Below, in pieces: positions 1 through 9,197 of a stretch of 64,000 bases of DNA. Numbering within the stretch: position 1 is the stretch's first letter; every line of letters begins with the position of its first letter. The notes under the pieces are model-generated. The model saw only the letters and a program-made list of their open reading frames with translations. It was not told where the DNA came from and did no database searches. Location of the stretch: the NCBI GenBank assembly GCA_036001925.1, contig DASYTU010000301.1:669-64668 (forward strand). Reading direction: 5' to 3'. This DNA is from Actinoplanes sp. (GTDB lineage Bacteria; Actinomycetota; Actinomycetes; Mycobacteriales; Micromonosporaceae). The position numbers and the translations under genes were made by a program.

Positions 1-339
1 GGTGCGGCGGATGCCGTCCGGGTAGGCGACCAGGAACTTGCTGCTGTCGGCCTGGGTGTCCCAGCCGTACGACTCCTCCGCTTGCTGGCCGGTCCCGGCC
101 GCGCCATGCAGCACGATCACCAGGGGGGCCGACGACGACAGGCCGGCCGGGCGGTAGAGCCGGTACGTGCGCTCCTGACCACCCACGGTCATCGTGCCGG
201 TGGATTTGCCCACGGCCACTTGCTGTCCAGCGGAGGCGGTGCCACCGGTCGGGGGCGGCTGGGTGTTGCGGTCCAGGCGACGGGCTGTGCAGCCGGCCAG
301 GAGCAGCAGGGCCACCAGAAATAGCACTCGGGCTCTCAC
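1..339 (-). CDS. Lipoprotein esterase, PHB depolymerase/LpqC family (runs off window start)
   Basis: Not in the ORF track. Manual translation from GTG at 339: VRARVLFLVALLLLAGC (lipobox)...RTYRLYRP...PLVIVLHGAAGTG...GWDTQADSSKFLVAYPDG, typical of the LpqC-type N-terminus. Confidence 0.75.
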   Translation of the reverse strand, partial: MRARVLFLVALLLLAGCTARRLDRNTQPPPTGGTASAGQQVAVGKSTGTMTVGGQERTYRLYRPAGLSSSAPLVIVLHGAAGTGQQAEESYGWDTQADSSKFLVAYPDGIRRT

Positions 340-386
340 TACGACACTGTCTCCCGTGGATGTTCGGGCCGGGTAAGGGAATCGAA

Positions 387-418
387 AGGGCTGGGCGAGG
401 ATTCCCCCGCCCAGCCCT
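387..418 (-). terminator. Stem-loop after the secreted protein gene
   Basis: AGGGCTGGGCG...CGCCCAGCCCT inverted repeat 13 bp beyond the stop at 431. Confidence 0.55.
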
Positions 419-430
419 CGGGTGCAACGG

Positions 431-2242
431 TTACTTGCCGCGCTTGGTCATCTCGAGGAGTTCCCAGCCGCCCTCGGGGCGGCTGTCTGTCGGGTCGGTG
501 CGGAGGTTCATCGGGTTGGCCATGCCCAGGTAGAGGCCGCCCTTGCCGTTGACGATCATGTTGCGAACGCCGTAGTTCAGGTAGTTGCCCAGGCCCTTGG
601 TGTTGACCGGCTGGGCCGGCTTGCCGCTCGACGGGAAGACCCACAGGTCGCCGCCGAAGCCGTCGACCTGCTTCGCCTGCTGCACCAGGCTGGACCCGGC
701 TTTTTCGAGCTTGGCGGATTTGCTGTTGGTCGGCGCCGGGTCGCCCATGGCGATCAGGTCCTTGACCAGGTAACTCCAGTCCATCGTGCCGACGAAGACC
801 TTGCCGTCGACGACCGCCATCCGCCAGGTGTAATTGTTGAACACATTGCCGAAGCCGGACTTGCCGTAGACGGGCGTGTAGTTGGTCGACTTCTTGGACC
901 AGGTCGAGGTGGCCGGGTCGTACGCGGGCAACGAGGTCTCGCCGTAGAGCATTTCGATCTTCTGCGTGGGCAGGCCGAGGTCCTTGGCGCGCCAGATGCT
1001 GATGGCCCGATTCGAGTTGAGCAGCTGGGCCTGGCGGGCCTTGTCGTCGGCCGGCGGGTACTTGGTGGCCATGACCTGTGCCGCCTTCATCGGAACGTGC
1101 ATCGTTCCCCAGTAGACATAGCCGTCGGCCGCTGCGATGCCACCGCCACCGTAGGTGCCGGCGATCACGCTGTCGGGTTCGTACTGGCCGACGTTCCAGA
1201 CCTGCTTCCAGCCGCTGGCGTCCTCGGGGTTGAGGCCGGGCGCGCCGTCGGCGAGCTTCGGGCTCATCCAGAGACCGGCCAGGCCGAGCGAGTTGGTGGC
1301 CTGGGCCAGCGGCCAGCTGGTCGCGACGATACGGCCGTCGCTGACGGTGAGGTCGGCGGCCTGCACCGGCAGGGCCGCGATGTTGACGAAGTCGAACGGG
1401 CTGGCGACGCTACCGGTCCAGCGCAGCACGCCGCCGCCGGCGGTGCCGTTGCGGCCGATGCCGATCCCGAGGTACAGCGCGTTGTCTGCCACCAGGAACG
1501 TCCGGATGTTGCCGTACTCCGTGAAGTTCTTCGAGCCGAGGAACTGCTTCGTGGTGGCGTCGAAGGCGAACATGTTCAGGGTGTTGCCAATCGCCGGCCC
1601 CCCGAACAGGACGACGTTGCCGAAGGAGCCGGCGGCGCGCAGCCCGACGGTGTGATCAAGCCGGGCGGCGTCGTCGGGAGACTTGGCCCGGATCTGGGCC
1701 GACATGTTGACCGACGTCTTGGTGACGGTGTCATAGGTCCATACCTCCGGCGGACGCATGTCACCGAGGTACGGCGGGATCGTGGGGTCCGCCTTGATGG
1801 TCTGGCTACTCGCGAACTCGCACACCCAGTTGTCGTTCACCGAGGGGTTGACATATTGCAGCGTGGCGCCGCTGACCAGGCAGTGCACGTTGGCCCCGGT
1901 GCCGAACCAGATCACGGTGCCGACCTGGGTCAAGCCCCAGACGTACGCCTGGTTGACCTTGGGCTGGCCGGTGGCGCACGGCGGTCCGACGGGGTGGGGC
2001 TGGCCGATGCCGTTGAAGCACTCGTCGGGCTTGGCCTTGGCGAGCCGGGTGAACTTGTACTTGTATTTCTCAGGGACCGCCGGCGCCTTCTTGGCGACCG
2101 TTTTCGCGAACGCCTTCGCGGCCGTGTCCGGCACCGGGCTGGCTGCGGCGGAGGTGGTCTGGACGGCCAGACCACCGAAGGCGAGCAGCACCGCCGTCGC
2201 CGCCGCCACCCGCCGTAGCCGGGGGGTGAACGTTATTTTCAC
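431..2242 (-). CDS. Secreted protein of unknown function (about 603 aa, possibly beta-propeller)
   Basis: GTG at 2242 with GAAAGGAAG RBS; signal peptide (PRLRRVAAATAVLLAFGGLA...SAAA); strong GC3 bias; repeated LYLG/VFVGT/WFGT strands. Confidence 0.8.
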   Translation of the reverse strand: MKITFTPRLRRVAAATAVLLAFGGLAVQTTSAAASPVPDTAAKAFAKTVAKKAPAVPEKYKYKFTRLAKAKPDECFNGIGQPHPVGPPCATGQPKVNQAYVWGLTQVGTVIWFGTGANVHCLVSGATLQYVNPSVNDNWVCEFASSQTIKADPTIPPYLGDMRPPEVWTYDTVTKTSVNMSAQIRAKSPDDAARLDHTVGLRAAGSFGNVVLFGGPAIGNTLNMFAFDATTKQFLGSKNFTEYGNIRTFLVADNALYLGIGIGRNGTAGGGVLRWTGSVASPFDFVNIAALPVQAADLTVSDGRIVATSWPLAQATNSLGLAGLWMSPKLADGAPGLNPEDASGWKQVWNVGQYEPDSVIAGTYGGGGIAAADGYVYWGTMHVPMKAAQVMATKYPPADDKARQAQLLNSNRAISIWRAKDLGLPTQKIEMLYGETSLPAYDPATSTWSKKSTNYTPVYGKSGFGNVFNNYTWRMAVVDGKVFVGTMDWSYLVKDLIAMGDPAPTNSKSAKLEKAGSSLVQQAKQVDGFGGDLWVFPSSGKPAQPVNTKGLGNYLNYGVRNMIVNGKGGLYLGMANPMNLRTDPTDSRPEGGWELLEMTKRGK

Positions 2243-2370
2243 GAACGTCTTCCTTTCGGTCGAGTGCAAACCAGCGCTACGGCGACGTGCGGCAGCGCTG
2301 GCGGTGCTGGGTGAGCTGGTGGCGTCGTGGGAAGTCACCCCCCGCTCACGTTCATGGGTTTACCGGTGTG

Positions 2371-2636
2371 TCATCCCGGGTTCCGGGTGAGTTTGATCAG
2401 TTCCCAACCGCCTTCGGGGAACTCGTCGGTGGGGTCGGTACGCAGGTTCATCGGGTTGGCCATGCCCAGATAGAGGTCATTGCCGTCCACGTTCATGTTG
2501 CGAATGCCGTAGTTCAGGTAGTTGCCGACGCCCGTGGTGCTGATCGGCTCCGCCGGTTGCTTCGTGGAGGGGAACACCCATAGGTCCCCCAGGCCGCGAC
2601 CAATCGCCGGCCGGTGGCTCTCCACCCGGTTCTCAT
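2371..2636 (-). pseudogene. Internally deleted paralog of the 431-2242 secreted protein
   Basis: ATG at 2636 with GAGAGGG RBS gives MRTGWRATGRRLVAA, joined out of frame near 2591 to GDLWVFPS...GNYLNYGIRNM...LYLGMANPMNLRTDPTD..PEGGWEL, closely matching the C-terminus of the downstream gene. Confidence 0.8.
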
Positions 2637-2674
2637 GATGAATGCAGACCCTCTCGATTCGCCGAACGTCTTCG

Positions 2675-3619
2675 TCAGCTCACAGCCACGCTCACCTTTG
2701 CGGGGTTGACGACCCGGGGTGCGACGCGTTCGGCCCATCCGGCCGGGTCGGCGAAGTCGAGGAACCGCCCGAGCTCGGTGAGCTGCCCGACCGGGTCCTG
2801 CAACAGGTCCTCGTATTGCATGCGATGCAGCTCTCGCGGCGGGACATCGCTGAGGGCCTGCTCGGCCTTGCTGCTGAGAAAGGCACACAGGCTCAGGTAC
2901 CGTTTGACGTCGGCTCCGCGTTCGCGCAACGCCTCGACGGTGAGGTTTTCGGGCAGGAAGGGCTCGACCGCCGCGGGCACCGGCGCACCCGGCACCAGGT
3001 CGAACGGGTCGACGCCGTACCGCGCCTGGGTCTCGACCCGCATCTGCACAAGTTGGAAGGACGAGTGTTGCCTCATCGACTTGGCGGTGTCGGACCAGTT
3101 GCGGGTCAGGTAGACGAACTTGGCGTTGGGGTGGTCCGACAGCAGCGACGTCGTCCACTGGGTGGAGCCACCGGAGCGTTCCACCCACCGCTTGCGACCG
3201 AGCATCGTGGCCAGCAGGTCCATGAACGCCTGGTGATGCAGCGCGACGTGCTGCAGGGGGAAGCTCGGCACCCGCTCGGCAAGCCAGTCGAAGAGCGCGT
3301 CCGGGTCGTCGGAGAGCTTGGACAGCGTGATCGCTAGCACCCGGGGCACCGAGACCATGTCATCGGCCCAGCGGCCGTTCTGCCGATAGCGCACTTCCTT
3401 GGGCGGGACACCGAGCCGGAAGAGCACCGCCAGCTCCTGTTTGGGACTGGCCAGCATCTCCCAGTACTCGGCGCCGGTGATCACGGCCTGGCTGCGGGGC
3501 CAGGGCGCGACCGACGTGAAGAACTCCTGGACCGAACAGGTCTCCGGCTCTTCGGCGATGAGGTCGGACAACAGCGTGGAGCCGCACCGGCCGTTGCTGA
3601 GAATGATTGCTCTATCCAT
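2675..3619 (-). CDS. Sulfotransferase family protein
   Basis: N-terminal PAPS-binding loop SNGRCGSTLL; KFVYLTRN...S second motif; late YEDLLQDP motif; start overlaps the upstream stop. Confidence 0.85.
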   Translation of the reverse strand: MDRAIILSNGRCGSTLLSDLIAEEPETCSVQEFFTSVAPWPRSQAVITGAEYWEMLASPKQELAVLFRLGVPPKEVRYRQNGRWADDMVSVPRVLAITLSKLSDDPDALFDWLAERVPSFPLQHVALHHQAFMDLLATMLGRKRWVERSGGSTQWTTSLLSDHPNAKFVYLTRNWSDTAKSMRQHSSFQLVQMRVETQARYGVDPFDLVPGAPVPAAVEPFLPENLTVEALRERGADVKRYLSLCAFLSSKAEQALSDVPPRELHRMQYEDLLQDPVGQLTELGRFLDFADPAGWAERVAPRVVNPAKVSVAVS

Positions 3620-4415
3620 GGTGTGTCCCCTCGGAACAGGTGGTGAGAAGTGGCGCGGTGTCCCGCAACCAGGCCGTGATGTGCTGGCGCACCTCAGCAC
3701 TGCGTTCGATGAGCACCGCGTGGCCGGCCCCGTCCAGCACGACGGAACGGGTCTGCGGCAGCAGTCGTTCGGTCTGGCCGGCAAGCTCGCGGACCCGGGA
3801 GTCGCCGCCGTACAGGCAGAGCACCGGGCAGGACAATGCGGTGAATTCCGCGGGCTCCGGCAGACTGCTGGCGGGCAGTTCCGCGGCGATGTCGGTCTCG
3901 GACAGCAACTGCTGGACGTCGCGGAGCCGACGGCCGAAGAGCGGGCCCCGGCCGGCCGCAGCCATCTCGGCGCCGGTATGGACGAGCCTGCTCTTCATCC
4001 TGGCGAACCAGTCGCGCATCGGCGGAGCGGAGTCGATCGCCACAATGCCGGCCACCTGCTCCGGATGACGCAGCGCGTAGCCGAATGCGACCGTGCCGCC
4101 GAATGAGTTGCCGAACAGGTGAACCCGTCCGGTGACTCCCCAGTGGACCAGCAGCCCCTCGAGGTCGTCCACGAAATCGTCGAGGGCGTAGCCGCGTGCC
4201 GGACGCTCACTGCGGCCGTGGCCACGCAGGTCGTACAGCAGTACGCGCATGCCGCTCCCCGCCAGCTGGTGCGCCATGGTCAGGTACCAGCTGGCCATGT
4301 TGTCGCCCGCCATGCCGTGCACCAGGACCACGGTGCCCGGCTCCGGCCCGTCCCCGCCGGCCGGCGGCAGCTCTGCGACGTGCAGAGCAACCCCGTTGAC
4401 GCTTACGAGGGTCAT
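3612..4415 (-). CDS. Alpha/beta-fold hydrolase (putative thioesterase)
   Basis: VLVHG, YDLRGHGRS, GNSFG nucleophile elbow, GAGH catalytic His; ATGA overlap with the ACP gene. Confidence 0.88.
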   Translation of the reverse strand: MTLVSVNGVALHVAELPPAGGDGPEPGTVVLVHGMAGDNMASWYLTMAHQLAGSGMRVLLYDLRGHGRSERPARGYALDDFVDDLEGLLVHWGVTGRVHLFGNSFGGTVAFGYALRHPEQVAGIVAIDSAPPMRDWFARMKSRLVHTGAEMAAAGRGPLFGRRLRDVQQLLSETDIAAELPASSLPEPAEFTALSCPVLCLYGGDSRVRELAGQTERLLPQTRSVVLDGAGHAVLIERSAEVRQHITAWLRDTAPLLTTCSEGTHHG

Positions 4416-4708
4416 GAAGCCGCCGGGACCACGTCGAGTGATTCGGCGACGAAGTCGACAAGATCACCGACCTTGAGCTCCGCCATCGAGGACACATCGA
4501 GGCCGGCGACGAACTGGGCGAAGTTCACCGAGTCGCCGTAGCGGCTCTGCAACCGCCCGGCCAGCGACACCACGTCCAGGCTCTCCATCCCGAGGTCGTC
4601 GCGGAAGGTGCTGTCGAGCTCGATGTCCAGGTCTGTTCCGAAGTCGGCCAACACGGCACGCAGCATGGCGTCGATGTCAGCGCGGATCGCGGTCTTATCG
4701 GCAGGCAT
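4412..4708 (-). CDS. Free-standing acyl carrier protein
   Basis: 98 aa, acidic, DLGMESLDVV phosphopantetheine site. Confidence 0.9.
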   Translation of the reverse strand: MPADKTAIRADIDAMLRAVLADFGTDLDIELDSTFRDDLGMESLDVVSLAGRLQSRYGDSVNFAQFVAGLDVSSMAELKVGDLVDFVAESLDVVPAAS

Positions 4709-4717
4709 GAGGTGTCC

Positions 4718-7700
4718 TTAACTCTCAATGGGATGGGACTGGCCCAGGGTCCAAGCCACGACGTACCGGCGCTCGGGCAGGCCGGCCGGGTTCTCGAGCT
4801 CGGCCGAGGCGACCCGGTAGAGCTGGCGGCCGACCGCCACATCGAGGTCGGCGTTGGTGACCACGAACTTGCGGGGGTCGCCGTCTAGGCCGGTTCCCAA
4901 GGACTTGCCGACCGCCTCCTTGGCCGCCCAGAACCGGGCGAACCAGAGCGCGCGGTCACCGCCGAGCCGGGCGAGCAGCGCCCGCTCACCGGCGGTAAGG
5001 GCGTACTGATGAGTCGTGTCGGCGCGATCGGTGATCTCGACGACGTCGATGCCGGGCGAGCCTTCGCCGCGCGGCGCCGCGAGGGCCACCCCGACCTCCG
5101 CGCAGTGCGCCAGCGAGACGTCGCAATTCAGCAACCCCTTGCCGGGCCGCACGTGGACCTCCGGCCGGCCGGTGGCGTGGTTGGTGATGGCAAGCTCGAT
5201 CGGATAGATCCCGGTGTGTCCGGCGTCCCACTGCTGGAAGCGGACCGCGTCCTTCGCGGCGATCCGGCCGAGCAGCCACTGCCTGCGCCGAGCGGGCGCC
5301 ATCTGCTCGTACTCGGCGTTCGCTTCGGCACCGAGAATGCTGAACGCGGTCATGCCACGGGTGACGGGGTCGTTCCAGCGGTCGAAAGCAACCGTCCAGC
5401 CGCCCTCCTGCCGGACCGACATGGAATACCTGTCCGGGAAACGCTCCGCCGGGCGGGTCGCCGGGTCGGTGTCGAAGCGCCGGTCGACGGCACCTTCGAT
5501 CTGTGCCCACACCCGGCCGCCGAGCCGCAGTTGCAGATCCGCGACCAGCTCACGGTCGTCGATGAAGCGGATCCGGGCCACGGTGTCGAACTCCGTGCCG
5601 GCCGGCTGGGGCGGGCCGAAGAAGCGGATGTGCCGCAGCTCCACCGGCAACGCCACTGTACGCAGCGGTTGCGTGGTGATCAGCCAGTTCCCGATCGTCT
5701 GCAGCGCGTTGTCGAGCAGTGCACCGGGCGCGGCGGGCTGGGTGATTGTGCCGCGGACGTGCCGGTCGCCGAGGGCATGTATGGCGGTGACGCCCTGGAA
5801 CTGCGGCCCGTGGAACATCAGCCGCTCGTCGTACATCTCGGCGGCGCTGGTTGTCGGTGGCCGCTCGGTCGCCGGGTCGTGGGCCCAGCTCTCGGGGACG
5901 TCGGCCGTATAGGTAGCAGCCAGGTCGACCAGGCCGCGGGCATACTTGCCCAGATCGACAGCGACGACGTCCGCCTCGATCCGGCGCACGGTGACGTCCA
6001 CCTCGACTGCGGGCACGGCGAGCAGCCAGCGGTTGAATTTCGCCTCCCGTACGCCGACCACGCACTTGTCCGGCACCGCCTGCTGGGCGAAGTCCATCAT
6101 GAACTGGACGATCGCGGTGGCGGGGACGACCGGCCGACGGTCCTCGACGTTCGGCCAGTCCTCCGGCTGGAAGAAGAAGCAGTGGTCGAGCAGGTAGGGC
6201 ATGGTCTGCATCGAGACCGGCAGACTCGACGTCAGGAGGACGTCCGACTTCGGCCTGGGCACAGGCTCCGGGCCATGGACGGGTGCCTGGGCGCGAGCGG
6301 GTGCCTGGGCGCGGGCAGGCGCCGGGGCGCGGACGGGCGCCGGCTTGGTGCGTGGCCGGCCGGCTGCGTCGATCACCGCGGCTGCGTGGTCGGCGGTCTC
6401 GGTGAGCAGGGCGGCCAGCTCGGCGGCCACATTCGACTGCACGGCGAGCCGGTCGAGGGCGGTGAGCGCCTGATGGCGGGCATGGTCATCGAGTGGCGGT
6501 CGGGCGGCTGGAGCACCCAGCGACTCCGCGGCGCCGAGCCCGAGCTTCACCAGCGGGTCGCCCAGGTTCAGCTTCACGGCCGGTCCGCGGCGGGCCGCCG
6601 GAGCGACCACGCTGCTGCCCGAGCGGGCCACGGCCGGCCGGTCGAGCACGCTGAGGTCCGGATCACCACCGTCCACCCAGAGGGCGGTCGCCACCCGGCG
6701 CAGCTGGTTGAGGCCGTCCCGGCGCGACAGGTTGACCGGCACGGCGAGATGCTCACGATCGCGCAGGATGTCGTCGACGAGCGAGGCCATCTGGCCCGGG
6801 CCCACCTGAAGGAAGACCCGAATCCCGGCGTCGTACATGGCCGTCACGGTCTGGCGGAACCGGACCGGCTCGACCATGTGCCGGGCGAAGATCTCGTTCA
6901 CCTCGTCCGGATCGGCGGGGAACGGCGCGGCGAGCAGGCCCGACCACACCGGCACCTCGGTGGGGTGCACCTCCCACTTGCCGACGGCAGAGGTGATGGC
7001 CTGCAGCCCTTCGGCGAAGACCGGGGTGTGGAACGCGGACCGGAACGGCAACAGCTGGCACAGCACCTTGTCGGCCCGGAGCTGGTCGACGAACCGCTGC
7101 ACCTGCGGCCGGGGCCCGTTGACCACGCACTGCGTCGGCGCGTTGTCGTGCGACAGCAGCACGCCGGGATAGTCTGCGAGCAACGGGATGATGCTGCCCG
7201 CGGGCGCGGTGATTGCGGCGAACGCATAGCCTGCGACCTCCACCGAGCCGGCGTCGAAGACCCGCAGGAACGCCTCCACGCCCTGAGTGGTCATCTGACC
7301 GGTGACCACCGCGGCGGTCCACTCGCCGATGCTGTGGCCGGCAACGGCATCCGGCCGGACGTTCATCGCGCGCAACGCATGATCGAGAACCCGGCCGACC
7401 TCGACCAGCCCGGTGCCGTGCTGGCCCAGGTCGGACGGGACCCAGTCCTGGTAGGGCAGCCCGAAATGGGTGGCGACGTCGGTGACCCGGGGTGCGAACT
7501 CCGCTTCCAGGCCCGGGAAGACGAAGGCGAGCTTGCCGCCGCCGGGACCGAGCAGGGGTTTCGGGGTGAACCAGACGTCCCGGCCGCCCCGCCAGGGCTG
7601 ACCTCGGGAAACCATCTTGCGAGCGACGCCGATGCGCTGGTCGGTCGGGTCCACGATGCCGATGCGGGCCGGCCCGGTACCCGTGGGACTGGGCAGTTGG

Positions 7701-9190
7701 CGCAGCTCGGTGGCGTCCTGATCCAGCATGGCCGCCAGGGCCTGGTGATCGCGGGCGGCGAGCCAGAGGACCCGGTCGGGCTCGGTGACCGAGACCGGAA
7801 CCGGCGGCGTGTACTGCTCGATGATCACGTGAGCGTTGATGCCGCCGAAGCCGAACGCGTTGACCCCGGCCCGGCGTGGCCCTTCGCTTTCCCAGGGCCG
7901 GGCGGCGGCGATCGGCGCGAAGCGGGTCCGGGCCATCTCGGCGCGCGGGTTGGCGCAGTGCAGGGTGGGCAGCAGCGTTCCGTTGTGGACGGCCAGGGTG
8001 GCCTTGATCAGGCCGGCGACGCCGGCGGCCGGCATGGTGTGCCCGATCATCGACTTCACCGAACCGATGACGATCCGCTCGTCCCCGTCCGGCGGGCCGA
8101 AGACCTCGGCGAGGGTGGCGAGCTCGGCCGCGTCACCTGTCGGAGTGGCGGTCCCGTGGGCCTCGATCAGACCCAGCGCGTCCGGGGCGGTCGGATCAAG
8201 GCCGGCATCTTTCCACGCCCGGCGGATCGCGAGGACCTGCCCAGAGCTGGCCGGGTTGAACATGCTGGCGGAGCGGCCGTCGCTGGAGGTGCCGATGCCC
8301 CGGATCACCGCATAGACGCGGTCACCGCCGCGCTCGGCGTCGGCGAGTCGTTTGAGCACCACCATGCCGGTGCCCTCGCCGATGAGCAGACCGTCAGCCG
8401 TGGTATCGAACGGCCTGATCTCGCCCTGCCGGGAGAGCGCCTTGAGCTGGCTGAACACTGACCAGAAGCTGATGTCGTGGACATGGTGGACACCGCCGGC
8501 CAGCACCGCGTCCAGCCGCCCCGCGGCCAGCTCCGCGACGGCCTGGTCGACGGCAAGCAGCGAGGAGGCACAGGCCGCGTCGATGGTGTACGCCGGGCCG
8601 CGCAGGTTGAGCCGGTTGGCGACGCGGGAGGCCGCGAGGTTGGGCACCAGGCCGATCGTGCCCTCCGGCTGATGCTTGCCGAGCCGCTCGTCGAAGGTCA
8701 CGCGGATCTTTTCGAGCTGCTCGTCGTCGAGCTGCGGGAGCAACTCACGCAGCACGCTGAGGACCTGGTTGGACATGCGTACGCGCTGGGTGTACCGCGA
8801 CTGCGCCGGGCTGAGAACACCACCGCGGCCGAGGATGACCCCGATCCTGTCGGCGTCGGGCAGCCGCTCGGGGCCGCCGGCGTCCGCGATCGCCGCCGCG
8901 GCCACCTCCAGCGCGATCAGCTGATCCGGTTCGATGTCGCTGATCGAGGTCGGCATCATGCCGAACTTCAGCGGCTCGAAGGTGGCGATCTCGTCGACGA
9001 AACCGCCCCGCCGGCAGTAGACCCGGTCGGGCCGGTGTGCCTGGCTGGGATCGTAGAACTCGGCGTCCCAGCGATCCTCCGGAACGTCGGTGATGGCGTC
9101 CCGGCCGGCGACCAGATTCTGCCAGTATTGGTCCAGGTTGGCGGCGCCCGGGAAGAGCGCCGCCATCCCGACGATCGCGATCGTTTCCAT
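4718..9190 (-). CDS. Type I PKS (PUFA synthase/hglE-like): KS-AT-DH-PPTase
   Basis: KS DAACASS, EAHGTAT, GHTM; AT GHSIG and SAFH; DH DHCFF...P with LLDNALQ; C-terminal PPTase SLAH, GIDVVEI, FWAAKEAVGK. Confidence 0.9.
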   Translation of the reverse strand: METIAIVGMAALFPGAANLDQYWQNLVAGRDAITDVPEDRWDAEFYDPSQAHRPDRVYCRRGGFVDEIATFEPLKFGMMPTSISDIEPDQLIALEVAAAAIADAGGPERLPDADRIGVILGRGGVLSPAQSRYTQRVRMSNQVLSVLRELLPQLDDEQLEKIRVTFDERLGKHQPEGTIGLVPNLAASRVANRLNLRGPAYTIDAACASSLLAVDQAVAELAAGRLDAVLAGGVHHVHDISFWSVFSQLKALSRQGEIRPFDTTADGLLIGEGTGMVVLKRLADAERGGDRVYAVIRGIGTSSDGRSASMFNPASSGQVLAIRRAWKDAGLDPTAPDALGLIEAHGTATPTGDAAELATLAEVFGPPDGDERIVIGSVKSMIGHTMPAAGVAGLIKATLAVHNGTLLPTLHCANPRAEMARTRFAPIAAARPWESEGPRRAGVNAFGFGGINAHVIIEQYTPPVPVSVTEPDRVLWLAARDHQALAAMLDQDATELRQLPSPTGTGPARIGIVDPTDQRIGVARKMVSRGQPWRGGRDVWFTPKPLLGPGGGKLAFVFPGLEAEFAPRVTDVATHFGLPYQDWVPSDLGQHGTGLVEVGRVLDHALRAMNVRPDAVAGHSIGEWTAAVVTGQMTTQGVEAFLRVFDAGSVEVAGYAFAAITAPAGSIIPLLADYPGVLLSHDNAPTQCVVNGPRPQVQRFVDQLRADKVLCQLLPFRSAFHTPVFAEGLQAITSAVGKWEVHPTEVPVWSGLLAAPFPADPDEVNEIFARHMVEPVRFRQTVTAMYDAGIRVFLQVGPGQMASLVDDILRDREHLAVPVNLSRRDGLNQLRRVATALWVDGGDPDLSVLDRPAVARSGSSVVAPAARRGPAVKLNLGDPLVKLGLGAAESLGAPAARPPLDDHARHQALTALDRLAVQSNVAAELAALLTETADHAAAVIDAAGRPRTKPAPVRAPAPARAQAPARAQAPVHGPEPVPRPKSDVLLTSSLPVSMQTMPYLLDHCFFFQPEDWPNVEDRRPVVPATAIVQFMMDFAQQAVPDKCVVGVREAKFNRWLLAVPAVEVDVTVRRIEADVVAVDLGKYARGLVDLAATYTADVPESWAHDPATERPPTTSAAEMYDERLMFHGPQFQGVTAIHALGDRHVRGTITQPAAPGALLDNALQTIGNWLITTQPLRTVALPVELRHIRFFGPPQPAGTEFDTVARIRFIDDRELVADLQLRLGGRVWAQIEGAVDRRFDTDPATRPAERFPDRYSMSVRQEGGWTVAFDRWNDPVTRGMTAFSILGAEANAEYEQMAPARRRQWLLGRIAAKDAVRFQQWDAGHTGIYPIELAITNHATGRPEVHVRPGKGLLNCDVSLAHCAEVGVALAAPRGEGSPGIDVVEITDRADTTHQYALTAGERALLARLGGDRALWFARFWAAKEAVGKSLGTGLDGDPRKFVVTNADLDVAVGRQLYRVASAELENPAGLPERRYVVAWTLGQSHPIES

Positions 9191-9197
9191 CTGCCGG

